Counted from the first letter of the stretch, positions 18,381 to 27,761 are shown. The stretch is 46,558 nucleotides of DNA from Candidatus Enterousia sp. (GCA_045657405.1 JAZOTB010000035.1:1-46558); one strand, 5' to 3'. The notes: generated by a model from the letters alone, not told the origin. Numbers and translations: made by a program.

Positions 18381-19309
18381 GATAAAAACCAGCATAAAAT
18401 TCGTTGTTTAAGGCGCAGATATCTGCGTGGAATATATTTACACGATTGAATAACTGCGTCTTTGGATTCTTGTTGTGCGGTGTTATACTGTTTTGGTTTA
18501 ATTATTGTTTCGTGTACCAAGTATTTGAAGGTGTCGGTATAAAATTTCCGCCAAAAGATATGGTTATACTTGTCCAACAGATTAGTGTGAATATATTTGA
18601 AGTATTTTGGAAACCATGTGACGTTTTTATCGCAAAAATCTTGTTTGGTAATGTTGTTTTGATGTGTGCGATGATAGACACATACGTTGTTGCATTCTGC
18701 ACTGGAATTTGCGCGATATGAAATATTTAGCATAAATGTTAAATCATCGCCATATGATGTGAATTCTGGCAAAAAACGTATATCGTTAATCAATTCGCGT
18801 TTATATATTCGTCGCCATATCCAGCACCATGAATGCTTTTGTGGTAATAATAAAAACTGTTCAGGTGTGTATGAGGTTGCAAAATCTTCTAGGGAAAAAG
18901 TTGCGTTTGGATTTTCTTTGAATTTGAATGCGCCATCAACCATATGTGTACGGCCGCCTGCCATATCGGCACCGGTTGTTTCGATCAATTGGACTAATGT
19001 TTGTAGTGCTGTATCTGTGTAGCAGTCGTCAGAATCCAAAAATGCAATGTATGTACCTTGGGCGATATCCAGACCATGATTGCGTGCAACGGATGTTCCA
19101 TAATTTTCAGATAGTTGAATAAATTTGAAACGTTTATCGTTTTTGATGTATTTTTTTATTATTTTGACAGAATTATCAGTGCTGGCATCATCAATAATAA
19201 TGCATTCCCAATTTTTTTCCGTTTGTGCAGATACCGATTGCAATGCATCGGTAATATATTGTTCGCCGTTATAATTTGGCATAATAATAGATACAATTGG
19301 TTTTTTCAT
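18368..19309 (-). CDS. Glycosyltransferase family 2
   Basis: VSIIMPNYN, IIIDDASTDNS, ARNHGL and YIAFLDSDD motifs. Confidence 0.92.
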   Translation of the reverse strand: MKKPIVSIIMPNYNGEQYITDALQSVSAQTEKNWECIIIDDASTDNSVKIIKKYIKNDKRFKFIQLSENYGTSVARNHGLDIAQGTYIAFLDSDDCYTDTALQTLVQLIETTGADMAGGRTHMVDGAFKFKENPNATFSLEDFATSYTPEQFLLLPQKHSWCWIWRRIYKRELINDIRFLPEFTSYGDDLTFMLNISYRANSSAECNNVCVYHRTHQNNITKQDFCDKNVTWFPKYFKYIHTNLLDKYNHIFWRKFYTDTFKYLVHETIIKPKQYNTAQQESKDAVIQSCKYIPRRYLRLKQRILCWFLSCLK

Positions 19310-19315
19310 GATACT

Positions 19316-19996
19316 TTATTTGTATGGACAGCTGGTTGTGTTATTGTAATCACCTGTGCCATCGTTAATGGTGGTGTTTGCGGGAACGTTACAATCATAA
19401 ATATCTGATACATAAAGGTTTGTATTCTCTACGATTGCATACTGTTGTTTTACGCATTTGCCGTTCCGGGAAGTTTCTATACTTGTGCCTTTGCCAACCC
19501 ATTCGGAATAGTTGTACGTAAGTGCTGCATCTTTTGTTAAGTTATGTGTTGAACATAGTATATATGTTTTTGGGGTCCATCGTGTTAGGCGTGACGATGT
19601 CGCTGTTGCAACGTTTTTGTTATTGTATTTTGGGCATGCGTAGCATTGTGCATTTGAAGCGGTGCAAGAAGTTAAACTTGATAAGTTTGCAGAAGTATTG
19701 TCAATGGAAACGTTGTTAATTATACAAGAACCCAGATATGACCCTGCGTTACATAATGTGATATTTACATCAGGTGTTTGTATTCTGTTCCATATTTGGT
19801 CTTTAATTGATACTGCGGTTTCTGTTATTCCTGCGTTGTTACATACTGTTTTGCATGTGTCTTCGCTGGTGCTGGTTGTCATAAGGGTATAAGACGTTAG
19901 TTTTATTGTGGTTGCGCTGTATGCGGCGCTGACTTTGTAAGCAATAAAAACACTAAAACTGATAATGCTGTATAAAATTTTGCTGATTGTTTTCAT
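19316..19996 (-). CDS. Secreted Cys/Thr-rich hypothetical protein, tandem copy A
   Basis: Start MKTISKILY after a GGGA RBS; signal peptide; near-identical paralog adjacent. Confidence 0.8.
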   Translation of the reverse strand: MKTISKILYSIISFSVFIAYKVSAAYSATTIKLTSYTLMTTSTSEDTCKTVCNNAGITETAVSIKDQIWNRIQTPDVNITLCNAGSYLGSCIINNVSIDNTSANLSSLTSCTASNAQCYACPKYNNKNVATATSSRLTRWTPKTYILCSTHNLTKDAALTYNYSEWVGKGTSIETSRNGKCVKQQYAIVENTNLYVSDIYDCNVPANTTINDGTGDYNNTTSCPYK

Positions 19997-20024
19997 AATG
20001 TCTTTATTTCCCTTGCTCTGTGTT

Positions 20025-20053
20025 ATTCTATCTGTTTTATGTAAAAGTGTCAA
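20025..20053 (-). promoter_or_regulatory. Sigma70 promoter of copy A
   Basis: TTGACA-N17-TAGAAT. Confidence 0.8.
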
Positions 20054-20060
20054 ATTTTTT

Positions 20061-20100
20061 ACAAAAAACCACAAATATGTTGTATTTGTGGTTTTTTTGT
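20061..20100 (-). terminator. Terminator between the tandem paralogs
   Basis: ACAAAAAACCACAAATA-TGTTG-TATTTGTGGTTTTTTTGT. Confidence 0.75.
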
Positions 20101-20126
20101 TGTTGATATTGATATAAATAATTTAA

Positions 20127-20813
20127 TTATGCACTGGTGTATTCGCAATCGTCGTCTGCTTCGTAAGTGCCGGTACTGTCGCTGAATGTGGTGTTTGCGG
20201 GAACGTAACAATCAGAAACATCTGATGCAGAAAGGGTTGGATTCTCTACGATTGCATACTGTTGTTTTACGCATTTGCCGTTCCGGGAAGTTTCTATACC
20301 TGTGCCTTTGCCAACCCATTCGGAATAGTCGTACAACAATACGGCATCTTTTGTTAAGTTATGTGTTGAACATAGTATCCATGTTTTGGAGCTCCATCGT
20401 GTTAGGCGTGACGATGGCGCTGTTGCAACGCTTTTGTTATTGAATTGTGGGCATGCGTAGCATTGTGCATTTGAAGCGGTGCAAGAAGTTAAACTTGATA
20501 AGTTTGCAGAAGTATTGCTAATGGAAACGTTATTAATTATGCAAGACCCCAGATATGATCCTGCGTTACATAATGTAATATTTACATCAGGTGTTTGTAG
20601 TCTGCTCCATATTTCGTTTTTAATTGCTATTGCGGTTGATGTTATACCTGCGTTTTTGCATACTGTGTTGCATGTGTCTTCGCTGGTGCTGGTTGTCATA
20701 AGGGTATAAGACGTTAGTTTTATTGTGGTTGCACTGTATGCGGCGCTGACTTTGTAAGCGACAAAAACACTAAAACTGATAATGCTGTATAAAATTTTGC
20801 TGATTGTTTTCAT
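20127..20813 (-). CDS. Secreted Cys/Thr-rich hypothetical protein, tandem copy B
   Basis: Same start and signal peptide as copy A; long identical DNA blocks with copy A. Confidence 0.8.
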   Translation of the reverse strand: MKTISKILYSIISFSVFVAYKVSAAYSATTIKLTSYTLMTTSTSEDTCNTVCKNAGITSTAIAIKNEIWSRLQTPDVNITLCNAGSYLGSCIINNVSISNTSANLSSLTSCTASNAQCYACPQFNNKSVATAPSSRLTRWSSKTWILCSTHNLTKDAVLLYDYSEWVGKGTGIETSRNGKCVKQQYAIVENPTLSASDVSDCYVPANTTFSDSTGTYEADDDCEYTSA

Positions 20814-20841
20814 AATGTCTTTATTTCCCTTGTTCTGTGCT

Positions 20842-20870
20842 ATTTTATCTGTTTTATGTATAAGTGTCAA
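20842..20870 (-). promoter_or_regulatory. Sigma70 promoter of copy B
   Basis: TTGACA-N17-TAAAAT, duplicated together with the gene. Confidence 0.8.
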
Positions 20871-20956
20871 ATAAATTACTAAAAGGGCTTGAAATCTGCT
20901 GTGGTTGTGGCTAGAATTTGATGCAGAATAATTTGTAACACACAGAGGATATCAAT

Positions 20957-23353
20957 ATGGCAGACGATATTAAAAAAATTCATGAACGTGAAGCAAAATG
21001 GCAAAAACGCTGGACTGATAGCCGTGCGTTTGTTCCAAGAAATGATGGTTCAAAGCCAAAGTATTATAATTTGATTGAATTCCCCTTTCCAAGTGGTTCT
21101 GGTTTGCATGTTGGTCATATGCTGCCTTATACAGGTATGGATGTTTTAGCACGTTTTCGTCGTATGCGTGGTTTTGATGTGTTGTATCCAATTGGTTATG
21201 ACTCAATGGGTATATCTTCTGAAAATTATGCAACAAAAATTGGAAAGCATCCCAGTGAATCTGTCGCAGAATTGATTAAGATTTTTGAACGCGATATATC
21301 TATTATGGGTTTGTCTTTTAATCCTGAATCAAAACTATCTACGTCTGATCCTGAATTTATTAAGTGGACTCAGTGGATGTTTATTCAGTTCTTTAATGCA
21401 GGTTTGGCGTATAAATCAGAATTACCAATGAATTGGTGCCCAAATTGTAAAACTAATCTGACAAATGAAGAATTAGAAGACGGTAAATGTGAACGCTGTC
21501 ATGGGCCTGTTGAAAAGAAAATGAAATTGCAGTGGAATTTGGCAATTACTAAATATGCAGACAGATTGATTGATGATTTGGAATTAGTTGATTATCCAGA
21601 ACGTGTAAAAACAGAACAGATTAACTGGATTGGTCGTTCGCATGGCGCGGATGTTAATTTCCAAGTTGGTGATGATGTTATGACTGTTTATACAACACGC
21701 ATTGATACAATATTTGGTGTTACTTTTTGTGTGTTGGCTCCAGAGCATGCGCTGGTAAAAAAATGGATTAGCGAAGGTAAAATCCAAAACATAGATGCTG
21801 TAAATGAATATATTGCTGCAGCACGTGCAAAAACAGAAATTGAACGTACAGATGTTACACGTGAAAAAACAGGTGTGCAATTACAAGGCGTTATGGCAAC
21901 GAATCCTTTTAATGAACGTCAAATTCCAATCTTTATTTCAGATTATGTTTTGGCAGATTATGGGTTTGGTGCAATTATGGCGGTTCCTGCACATGATGGT
22001 CGTGACTGGGATTTTGCAAAGAAATTCGGATTGGATATTATTCCGGTATTGGCAGGTGGTGACCCAGACGCTGTTTGGGAAGGTGATGGTGCACATATAA
22101 ATTCATCTTTCTTGGATGGTATGGGAAAAGAAGATGCAATTGCGGCTGCGATTAAATATGGAACTGAACATGGGTTCGCACGTGGTACAACCAAATATAA
22201 ATTAAAAGATTGGGGTTTTTCACGTCAGATGTATTGGGGTGAACCAATTCCAATGGTTTATTGCGAAAAATGTGGCTGGGTTCCTGTGCCAGAATCTGAA
22301 TTGCCATTGTTGCAACCTTATATGTCAGATTATAAACCAACTGATAATGGCGAAGGTCCATTGGCGCGTGCAACAGATTGGGTAAATACAACCTGCCCTT
22401 GCTGTGGTGGTGCTGCAAAACGTGAAACAGACACAATGCCACAGTGGGCCGGCTCTTCGTGGTATTTCTTGCGTTATTTAGATTCTAAAAATAATAATGC
22501 GTTTTGTGAACGCAATCAGTTAGATAAATGGATGCCAGTTGATCATTATAATGGTGGTATGGAACATACAACACGTCATGTTTTATATTCAAGATTTTGG
22601 TACAAAGCGTTATCTGATTTGGGATTTGTTCCAGGTGTTGAGCCGTATAAAAAACGTACCAGTAATGGTCTAATTATGGCGGCAGATGGTACAAAAATGT
22701 CCAAATCACGCGGTAATACAGTGCCAAGTTCTGATGTTGTTAATCGCAGTGGTGCAGATGCATGTCGTTTGGCTATTTTGTATTTGGGACCATGGGAACA
22801 AAGTGCGAATTGGTCCGAAGATACATTGCGTGGTGTTGAACGTTTCTTGAAACGTGTGGAAAATTTGTCTGATAATTTAACAGATGAACCAATGACTGCA
22901 GATCAGGAACGCTTGCAGCATAAATTGATTGCAGATGCAACAGAACGTTTGGAAGATATGAAATTTAATACAACTATATCTGCGATGATGGAATATATCA
23001 ATGCTTTTGGTGGAAGGATGCCCCGCCCTGCGTATGAAACTTTGTTACAGATGTTGAATCCTTTTGCACCACACCTGACTGAAGAAATGTGGGAAAAATT
23101 GGGGCATAATGATATGCTGGTGTTTGAACCGTGGCCAACGTTTGATGTGTCTAAGATGGTGGAAACACAAATGACAATTGTGGTGTCTGTAAATGGTAAA
23201 CGTGCAACAGATTTTGTCGTTGCTGCTGATGCATCAGAAGATGTTATTGTTGAGTCTGCCAAGACTGCAGCGGGTACAAAATTGGATGGCTGTGAAGTAA
23301 TTAAAACAATTGTCGTGCCAAAAAAACTGGTAAACTTTGTTGTGAAAAAATAA
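20957..23353 (+). CDS. leuS: Leucine--tRNA ligase
   Basis: FPFPSGSGLHVGH (HIGH), QINWIGRS, MAVPAHD.RD, RETDTMPQWAGSSWY and KMSKS motifs. Confidence 0.98.
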   Translation: MADDIKKIHEREAKWQKRWTDSRAFVPRNDGSKPKYYNLIEFPFPSGSGLHVGHMLPYTGMDVLARFRRMRGFDVLYPIGYDSMGISSENYATKIGKHPSESVAELIKIFERDISIMGLSFNPESKLSTSDPEFIKWTQWMFIQFFNAGLAYKSELPMNWCPNCKTNLTNEELEDGKCERCHGPVEKKMKLQWNLAITKYADRLIDDLELVDYPERVKTEQINWIGRSHGADVNFQVGDDVMTVYTTRIDTIFGVTFCVLAPEHALVKKWISEGKIQNIDAVNEYIAAARAKTEIERTDVTREKTGVQLQGVMATNPFNERQIPIFISDYVLADYGFGAIMAVPAHDGRDWDFAKKFGLDIIPVLAGGDPDAVWEGDGAHINSSFLDGMGKEDAIAAAIKYGTEHGFARGTTKYKLKDWGFSRQMYWGEPIPMVYCEKCGWVPVPESELPLLQPYMSDYKPTDNGEGPLARATDWVNTTCPCCGGAAKRETDTMPQWAGSSWYFLRYLDSKNNNAFCERNQLDKWMPVDHYNGGMEHTTRHVLYSRFWYKALSDLGFVPGVEPYKKRTSNGLIMAADGTKMSKSRGNTVPSSDVVNRSGADACRLAILYLGPWEQSANWSEDTLRGVERFLKRVENLSDNLTDEPMTADQERLQHKLIADATERLEDMKFNTTISAMMEYINAFGGRMPRPAYETLLQMLNPFAPHLTEEMWEKLGHNDMLVFEPWPTFDVSKMVETQMTIVVSVNGKRATDFVVAADASEDVIVESAKTAAGTKLDGCEVIKTIVVPKKLVNFVVKK

Positions 23354-23366
23354 AAGGGTTTAACCT

Positions 23367-24194
23367 GTGCAAGAAAAACCAGATGTAGGTTTTGGTGTTT
23401 TCGATTCATTGGTTGCAAGGCGTTTAATGCGACATGGTCCAGTTGAATTAAATCGTATGTTTAGTGACGATTGGTCTGTTGTGCGTGCGATTGTAAAATA
23501 CAAATGGATAACTGCACCGGATGTAAAGCTGGCTCGCAAAATACACAGATTATTAAAATGGATTAAAATAGTAGATCCTGTACATTATAAGCTGTCTAGA
23601 AAACAAATCTTGGAAGATATCAAGTTGGGGGCAAATGGTGATGTTGCCGGATATAAAGAATTTGTTAGACTGATTGACAATCCTGAATTTAATAAAAAAC
23701 ATGACAGTTTTATTAATGAATTGATTGAAAATAGTCCAAAAACAAAGGTTGTTGTGTTAAAGTTGTCGGAACGTGATGATGTTTTACAAAAATTTCATTT
23801 GGATTATCGGTCGGATTATATTGTGAATGATTCTAAAAAAGTTGATTTTTTATTGCTGAAATTGGCTTTTTTACGTGTTTTTTGCACGCATGGAATAGAG
23901 TTTTTCTTAAAGTTTTTGTATGTTTATTTAATTTTACAAAATGATAAAGCAAAACTTGGGTTTGCGAATTTGTTGTGGTCGGACTGTCCGGATCTTATTG
24001 CTTCGTATCAGTATAACCTTGAATTGCAACAGGAAGCATATGAAAAGGCCAAAGACGTTTGGCGAGAAACAATAGATGAGTGTTTAGATGTGTATTATAA
24101 TTCTGAAAAAATGGTTGATAAAAAGTATGAAAATATAAAAAGATATAAGTCTTTGATAGAATCAGGACAATTGCCCGTGTTTAAAAAGAAATAA
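23367..24194 (+). CDS. Hypothetical protein
   Basis: 275-codon ORF filling the space between leuS and a terminator; no motif recognised and the start is uncertain. Confidence 0.65.
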   Translation: MQEKPDVGFGVFDSLVARRLMRHGPVELNRMFSDDWSVVRAIVKYKWITAPDVKLARKIHRLLKWIKIVDPVHYKLSRKQILEDIKLGANGDVAGYKEFVRLIDNPEFNKKHDSFINELIENSPKTKVVVLKLSERDDVLQKFHLDYRSDYIVNDSKKVDFLLLKLAFLRVFCTHGIEFFLKFLYVYLILQNDKAKLGFANLLWSDCPDLIASYQYNLELQQEAYEKAKDVWRETIDECLDVYYNSEKMVDKKYENIKRYKSLIESGQLPVFKKK

Positions 24195-24221
24195 AAAAAT
24201 CCCCCAAACGGGGGATTTTTT
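24193..24221. terminator. Bidirectional terminator (AATCCCC family)
   Basis: AAAAAAATCCCCC-AAAC-GGGGGATTTTTT. Confidence 0.88.
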
Positions 24222-25092
24222 AGATGCTGTCTGCGTTTACCCAGCGACCATCTTTTAATAATCCTGGTGCCATGCCTTCGTTGGAACGTAATGCATCAAT
24301 TACGGCACGAGCCTTGGTCGCGTCAAGATTGATAATACGTACTTTGAACATATCACCTTCGTTTACAACGGCTGTTTCGCCATATGTTTTCATGCGATTT
24401 GCCAATGCGTCCGCGCTGTCTTGGGCGTAAAATGCAGCTAACTGGATGCTGTAAGGTCCTGTTGCGGAAACTGTTGCCGTTTCAACTGGTGCTGCAACAG
24501 GTGTTGTTGCGACAGGTGATTGTGCAGTGGTTGTTCCTAGTGTTGCGTTTTTAACAGTCATTGATTGTTCTGGCATTACTTGGATTTGAACCTTTGCTTG
24601 ACTGGTTAAGCCAATTTTTTGTGCTGCTGCTGCTGATAAATCCATTAAACGAGTATTTACAAATGGACCGCGATTATTTACACGAACAACAACAGATTGA
24701 CCGTTTTCTAAATTTGTTACACGTACAATTGTTGGCAATGGTAATGTTTTGCTGGTTGCTAACATTTGTGTGCTGTCAAATACTTCGCCATTGCTGGTTT
24801 TAGAACCATTCAAATCAACAGGAATAATGCCTGCGATACCTGTTTGGTTGTATGTCATATCTTCTACTGGGATGTATTGAACATCGTCAACTTTGTATGC
24901 AGAACCAACATAATATTTTGGTGCGGCAGCCAACAAGTATGTATCTGTTAATGTTTCTTGTGCAGGTGCGGTTGCAACCAGTGGTTCTTCGCCAAAGCCA
25001 TCTGCACCGTAATTAGCGCTGCCAGTTGTGCTAAGATCTGCACAGCCTGCTAGAATTGCAGTCAAAGCCGTTAAAGAGATTAATTTTTTCAT
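24220..25092 (-). CDS. rlpA: Septal ring lytic transglycosylase RlpA family lipoprotein (DPBB + SPOR)
   Basis: Lipobox LAGC; TSNGEVFD..KTLPLPTIVRVTNLENG.SVVVRVN.RGPF; C-terminal YSIQLAAF SPOR domain. Confidence 0.9.
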   Translation of the reverse strand: MKKLISLTALTAILAGCADLSTTGSANYGADGFGEEPLVATAPAQETLTDTYLLAAAPKYYVGSAYKVDDVQYIPVEDMTYNQTGIAGIIPVDLNGSKTSNGEVFDSTQMLATSKTLPLPTIVRVTNLENGQSVVVRVNNRGPFVNTRLMDLSAAAAQKIGLTSQAKVQIQVMPEQSMTVKNATLGTTTAQSPVATTPVAAPVETATVSATGPYSIQLAAFYAQDSADALANRMKTYGETAVVNEGDMFKVRIINLDATKARAVIDALRSNEGMAPGLLKDGRWVNADSI

Positions 25093-25166
25093 GATATATG
25101 ACTCCTTCCATTACATTTATGATTTTATTTTATCATAAAAAGAGTCTGTATTCAAATTTATTTTTG

Positions 25167-26630
25167 TTATCGGATTTTACGGTCAATTAAATATGCAACA
25201 GGTAGATATATTATACCATATGTTATAATAGCCAACCCCAGTGCCCATATACTAGAAATGGTAACTGTTGATAGTATTATTCCCAGAATTGTTGCCCACA
25301 GTACAAATGCGATAATTGTACGGATTGTACGACTGTCATGTTTTACTAGGCTGCGCTTATGACACGCATGTCCAAGCAAATAGTTTTTAAGGTATCCGCT
25401 GATAACAATACCGACGGGAATCGCAAGATAGCCAATAAATGGGAATAAAGATAAATATAATATGGCAGCGACACTAAGCGATATCATACTGGTTTTAACA
25501 GGTGTTTTTACATCTTGGGATGCGTATAATGTTTTGCTGTATATTTGGCTAATTAACATTGCAGGTAATACGAAAACTTGAATCATAATAGCAATCGCCA
25601 CTGCCTGTGTTGATTCTGACGTCCAAGCACCGTATTCAAACAAGAACTTTATAATTGGTTCAGCCAGTACAAATAAACCTGCTACACATGGTAATATTAA
25701 CATCATAGAGCGGCGCAGAGATGAATTTTGCTGGATATAAACGCTGCGCATGTTATTGTCTGTTAATGCGTTTGATATAGATGACATTAGTACAGTACCA
25801 ACAGCTAAACCAATCATTGCAAATGGTAATTGTACGATTCTGTCTGAATAATATAGCCATGATACAGCCCCGCTTTGGAAACTAGCAACCAATGTACCAA
25901 TAATAATTGTTATTTGATAAAATCCGTTGCCAACAATACTGACACCCAGGCGTTTGAACATGCTTTTTATTTGTGGTGTCCATCGCGGTTTGATTAAATA
26001 CAGTCCAAAATGATTTCTACGAATGCGTGACCACAGAACACCAAATTGAACAATACCAGATACAACAACAGTGCCGGCCATCAGGTATAGTATATGCGTA
26101 CTGCTAAATATCATGGCGAATAGTAACGCGCATATTAACATAATGTTTAATAGAACAGGCATAAATGCGGCCAGCAGAAATTTAGAAAACGCATTAAGTA
26201 TCGCTGATAAAAATGCTGCACCACATATAAAGATTACATATACGAACATTATGCGTGATATTGTAACGGTCATTTCCATCTTGCCGGGGGTTGCATCAAA
26301 CCCAGGTGCCAAGAACCAAACAACTAGTGGCATAAATATTTCAAATAATATTGTTATTCCCAGCAATACAATCATTAACCATGAAAATACGTTGCGTGCG
26401 AATCCTTCGTCTTTTTTGGAATCTGTGTACATAGGGATAAATATTGCGGATAATGCGCCCTCGCCCAGTAAGTCACGAAATAAATTAGGTAACTTGAATG
26501 CAGCCAAGAATATGTCAGACATACGCCCTGCCCCCAATACGCGAGCAATCAGCATGTCACGAATAAATCCGAATATGCGGCTGATGCCCGTCATGGCACC
26601 GACCCCGAAAATATGTTTGCCTAGTTTCAT
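25167..26630 (-). CDS. murJ: Lipid II flippase MurJ
   Basis: SRIFGFIRD, AFKLPNLFR..GEGALS..FIP and LYYSDRIVQLP motifs; many TM helices. Confidence 0.95.
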   Translation of the reverse strand: MKLGKHIFGVGAMTGISRIFGFIRDMLIARVLGAGRMSDIFLAAFKLPNLFRDLLGEGALSAIFIPMYTDSKKDEGFARNVFSWLMIVLLGITILFEIFMPLVVWFLAPGFDATPGKMEMTVTISRIMFVYVIFICGAAFLSAILNAFSKFLLAAFMPVLLNIMLICALLFAMIFSSTHILYLMAGTVVVSGIVQFGVLWSRIRRNHFGLYLIKPRWTPQIKSMFKRLGVSIVGNGFYQITIIIGTLVASFQSGAVSWLYYSDRIVQLPFAMIGLAVGTVLMSSISNALTDNNMRSVYIQQNSSLRRSMMLILPCVAGLFVLAEPIIKFLFEYGAWTSESTQAVAIAIMIQVFVLPAMLISQIYSKTLYASQDVKTPVKTSMISLSVAAILYLSLFPFIGYLAIPVGIVISGYLKNYLLGHACHKRSLVKHDSRTIRTIIAFVLWATILGIILSTVTISSIWALGLAIITYGIIYLPVAYLIDRKIR

Positions 26631-26682
26631 AGTTTAGATTATACTGTGTTATGTTAATGAAAATCAAGACAGGAATTAAAAT

Positions 26683-27405
26683 ATGAAAAAACTTGTATTG
26701 TTATCGTTTTTTGTGGCTGTTTTGTCTGGGTGTGCTGGGACAGATGATGCAATTGTTGCAGATTTGCCATTGGCAGATATTTATAAATCAGCATATAATG
26801 AATTTAATGATGAAAATTATGAAGTGGCTGCCGCTGAATTTTTGAAGGCAGAAACACAATATCCGGCCAGTGTTTGGGCGCCTGATGCGCTGGTTATGGC
26901 GGCATATGCACAATATCTGGATAATGATTTTGCTGGTGCAATATTAACAACGGACAGATTTATGCGTTTTCACCCTGGGCACGCTGATGTTCCGTATATA
27001 ATGTATTTACGTGGTATGTGCTATTACCGTCAGGTCAGTGATGTGCGTCGTGAACCGGGTATGTCTGCGTATGCGTTACAACAGTTTCAGACATTGGTAA
27101 AGCGTTTCCCGCGCAGTCCATATGCAAAAAATGCAGAAAATAAAATTCGTATTTTGAAAAATTATATTGCGGGCAAAGTTATGTATTCTGCACGTAATGA
27201 TATGCAAAAAGAAAACTGGACCAGTGCGATTGCTCGTTTGCAGTCTGTTGTAACGGATGCCCAGGAAACAGTTATGACTGCCGAAGCAATGTATCGTCTG
27301 ACAGAATGTTATACTGCGATTGGATTGCCGCAACAGGCAGAAGGTTATGCCGAAATGTTGAAACTGAATTTCCCAGATAACGAATGGACAAAGAAGTTGA
27401 AATAG
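26683..27405 (+). CDS. bamD: Outer membrane protein assembly factor BamD
   Basis: Lipobox LSGC; TPR pattern with YP.S.WA, RF.RFHP.H.DV.Y..YLRG and RFP.S.YA. Confidence 0.92.
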   Translation: MKKLVLLSFFVAVLSGCAGTDDAIVADLPLADIYKSAYNEFNDENYEVAAAEFLKAETQYPASVWAPDALVMAAYAQYLDNDFAGAILTTDRFMRFHPGHADVPYIMYLRGMCYYRQVSDVRREPGMSAYALQQFQTLVKRFPRSPYAKNAENKIRILKNYIAGKVMYSARNDMQKENWTSAIARLQSVVTDAQETVMTAEAMYRLTECYTAIGLPQQAEGYAEMLKLNFPDNEWTKKLK

Positions 27406-27411
27406 ATGCTC

Positions 27412-27435
27412 AATCCCCCATTTGGGGGCTTTTTT
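27412..27435 (+). terminator. Terminator after bamD (AATCCCC family)
   Basis: AATCCCCCA-TT-TGGGGGCTTTTTT. Confidence 0.8.
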
Positions 27436-27439
27436 ATTA

Positions 27440-27472
27440 TTGAAAAAGATGTAAATTTTGATAGAATATAAT
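27440..27472 (+). promoter_or_regulatory. Promoter for the structured leader
   Basis: TTGAAA-N16-TAGAAT, with an overlapping TATAAT at 27467-27472. Confidence 0.6.
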
Positions 27473-27477
27473 TTGAA

Positions 27478-27521
27478 CTGACAGGGATGTCGGTTCGGGC
27501 CTTAGAAAAGCCCAACAGTTT
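27478..27521 (+). promoter_or_regulatory. c4 a1/b1-like antisense target site
   Basis: A GNRA hairpin CTGACA-GGGA-TGTCGG, then hairpin GGGC-CTTAGAAAA-GCCC exposing TTAGAAAA, followed by CAACAGTTT. Both are complementary to segments of 27589-27660. Confidence 0.65.
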
Positions 27522-27588
27522 CGGTGCGAATGCATCGTAATCCGATGAAAATCGGTGTCTTTGCACCGTTATTTTTACCCCCGATTAT

Positions 27589-27660
27589 GGTCGGGGTGCC
27601 GTTGTAATATATTGAACGCAACGGGGTCACTAAACTGTTGATTTTTCTAACACCCCGACC
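27589..27660 (+). ncRNA. C4-antisense-like RNA (three-stem junction)
   Basis: P1 GGTCGGGGTG/CACCCCGACC (10 bp perfect); P2 CCGTTG/CAACGG; P3 GGTCA/TGATT carrying AAACTGTTG; single-stranded junction TTTTCTAA. Confidence 0.7.
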
Positions 27661-27686
27661 GTCATTTCTGTGACGGTTTTTGTTTT
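27658..27686 (+). terminator. Terminator overlapping the 3' end of the C4-like RNA
   Basis: ACCGTCA-TTTCTG-TGACGGT-TTTTGTTTT. Confidence 0.75.
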
Positions 27687-27761
27687 GGGGTAATATGCGT
27701 TTCCTGCAAAATACACCTTTGTACGAAGATATTACCCCACCAGAATTTATATGGGGGGATT

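Noticed and set aside
19316..20870. Diversity-generating retroelement TR/VR pair
   Set aside because: Differences between the copies are not restricted to adenines (e.g. TAT/TGG), both copies are full genes with promoters, and no reverse transcriptase is in the window.
27478..27686. Cobalamin, lysine or T-box riboswitch, tmRNA, RNase P RNA, or retron msr-msd
   Set aside because: The conserved signatures are missing (B12 box, T-box UGGNACC, tag reading frame, GAGGAAAGUCC) and no RT is adjacent; the bipartite complementarity fits a C4-like layout better.
27687..27742. tRNA gene
   Set aside because: It has an acceptor-like stem and CCA but is only 56 nt, with no T-loop (GTTCRA) or D arm.
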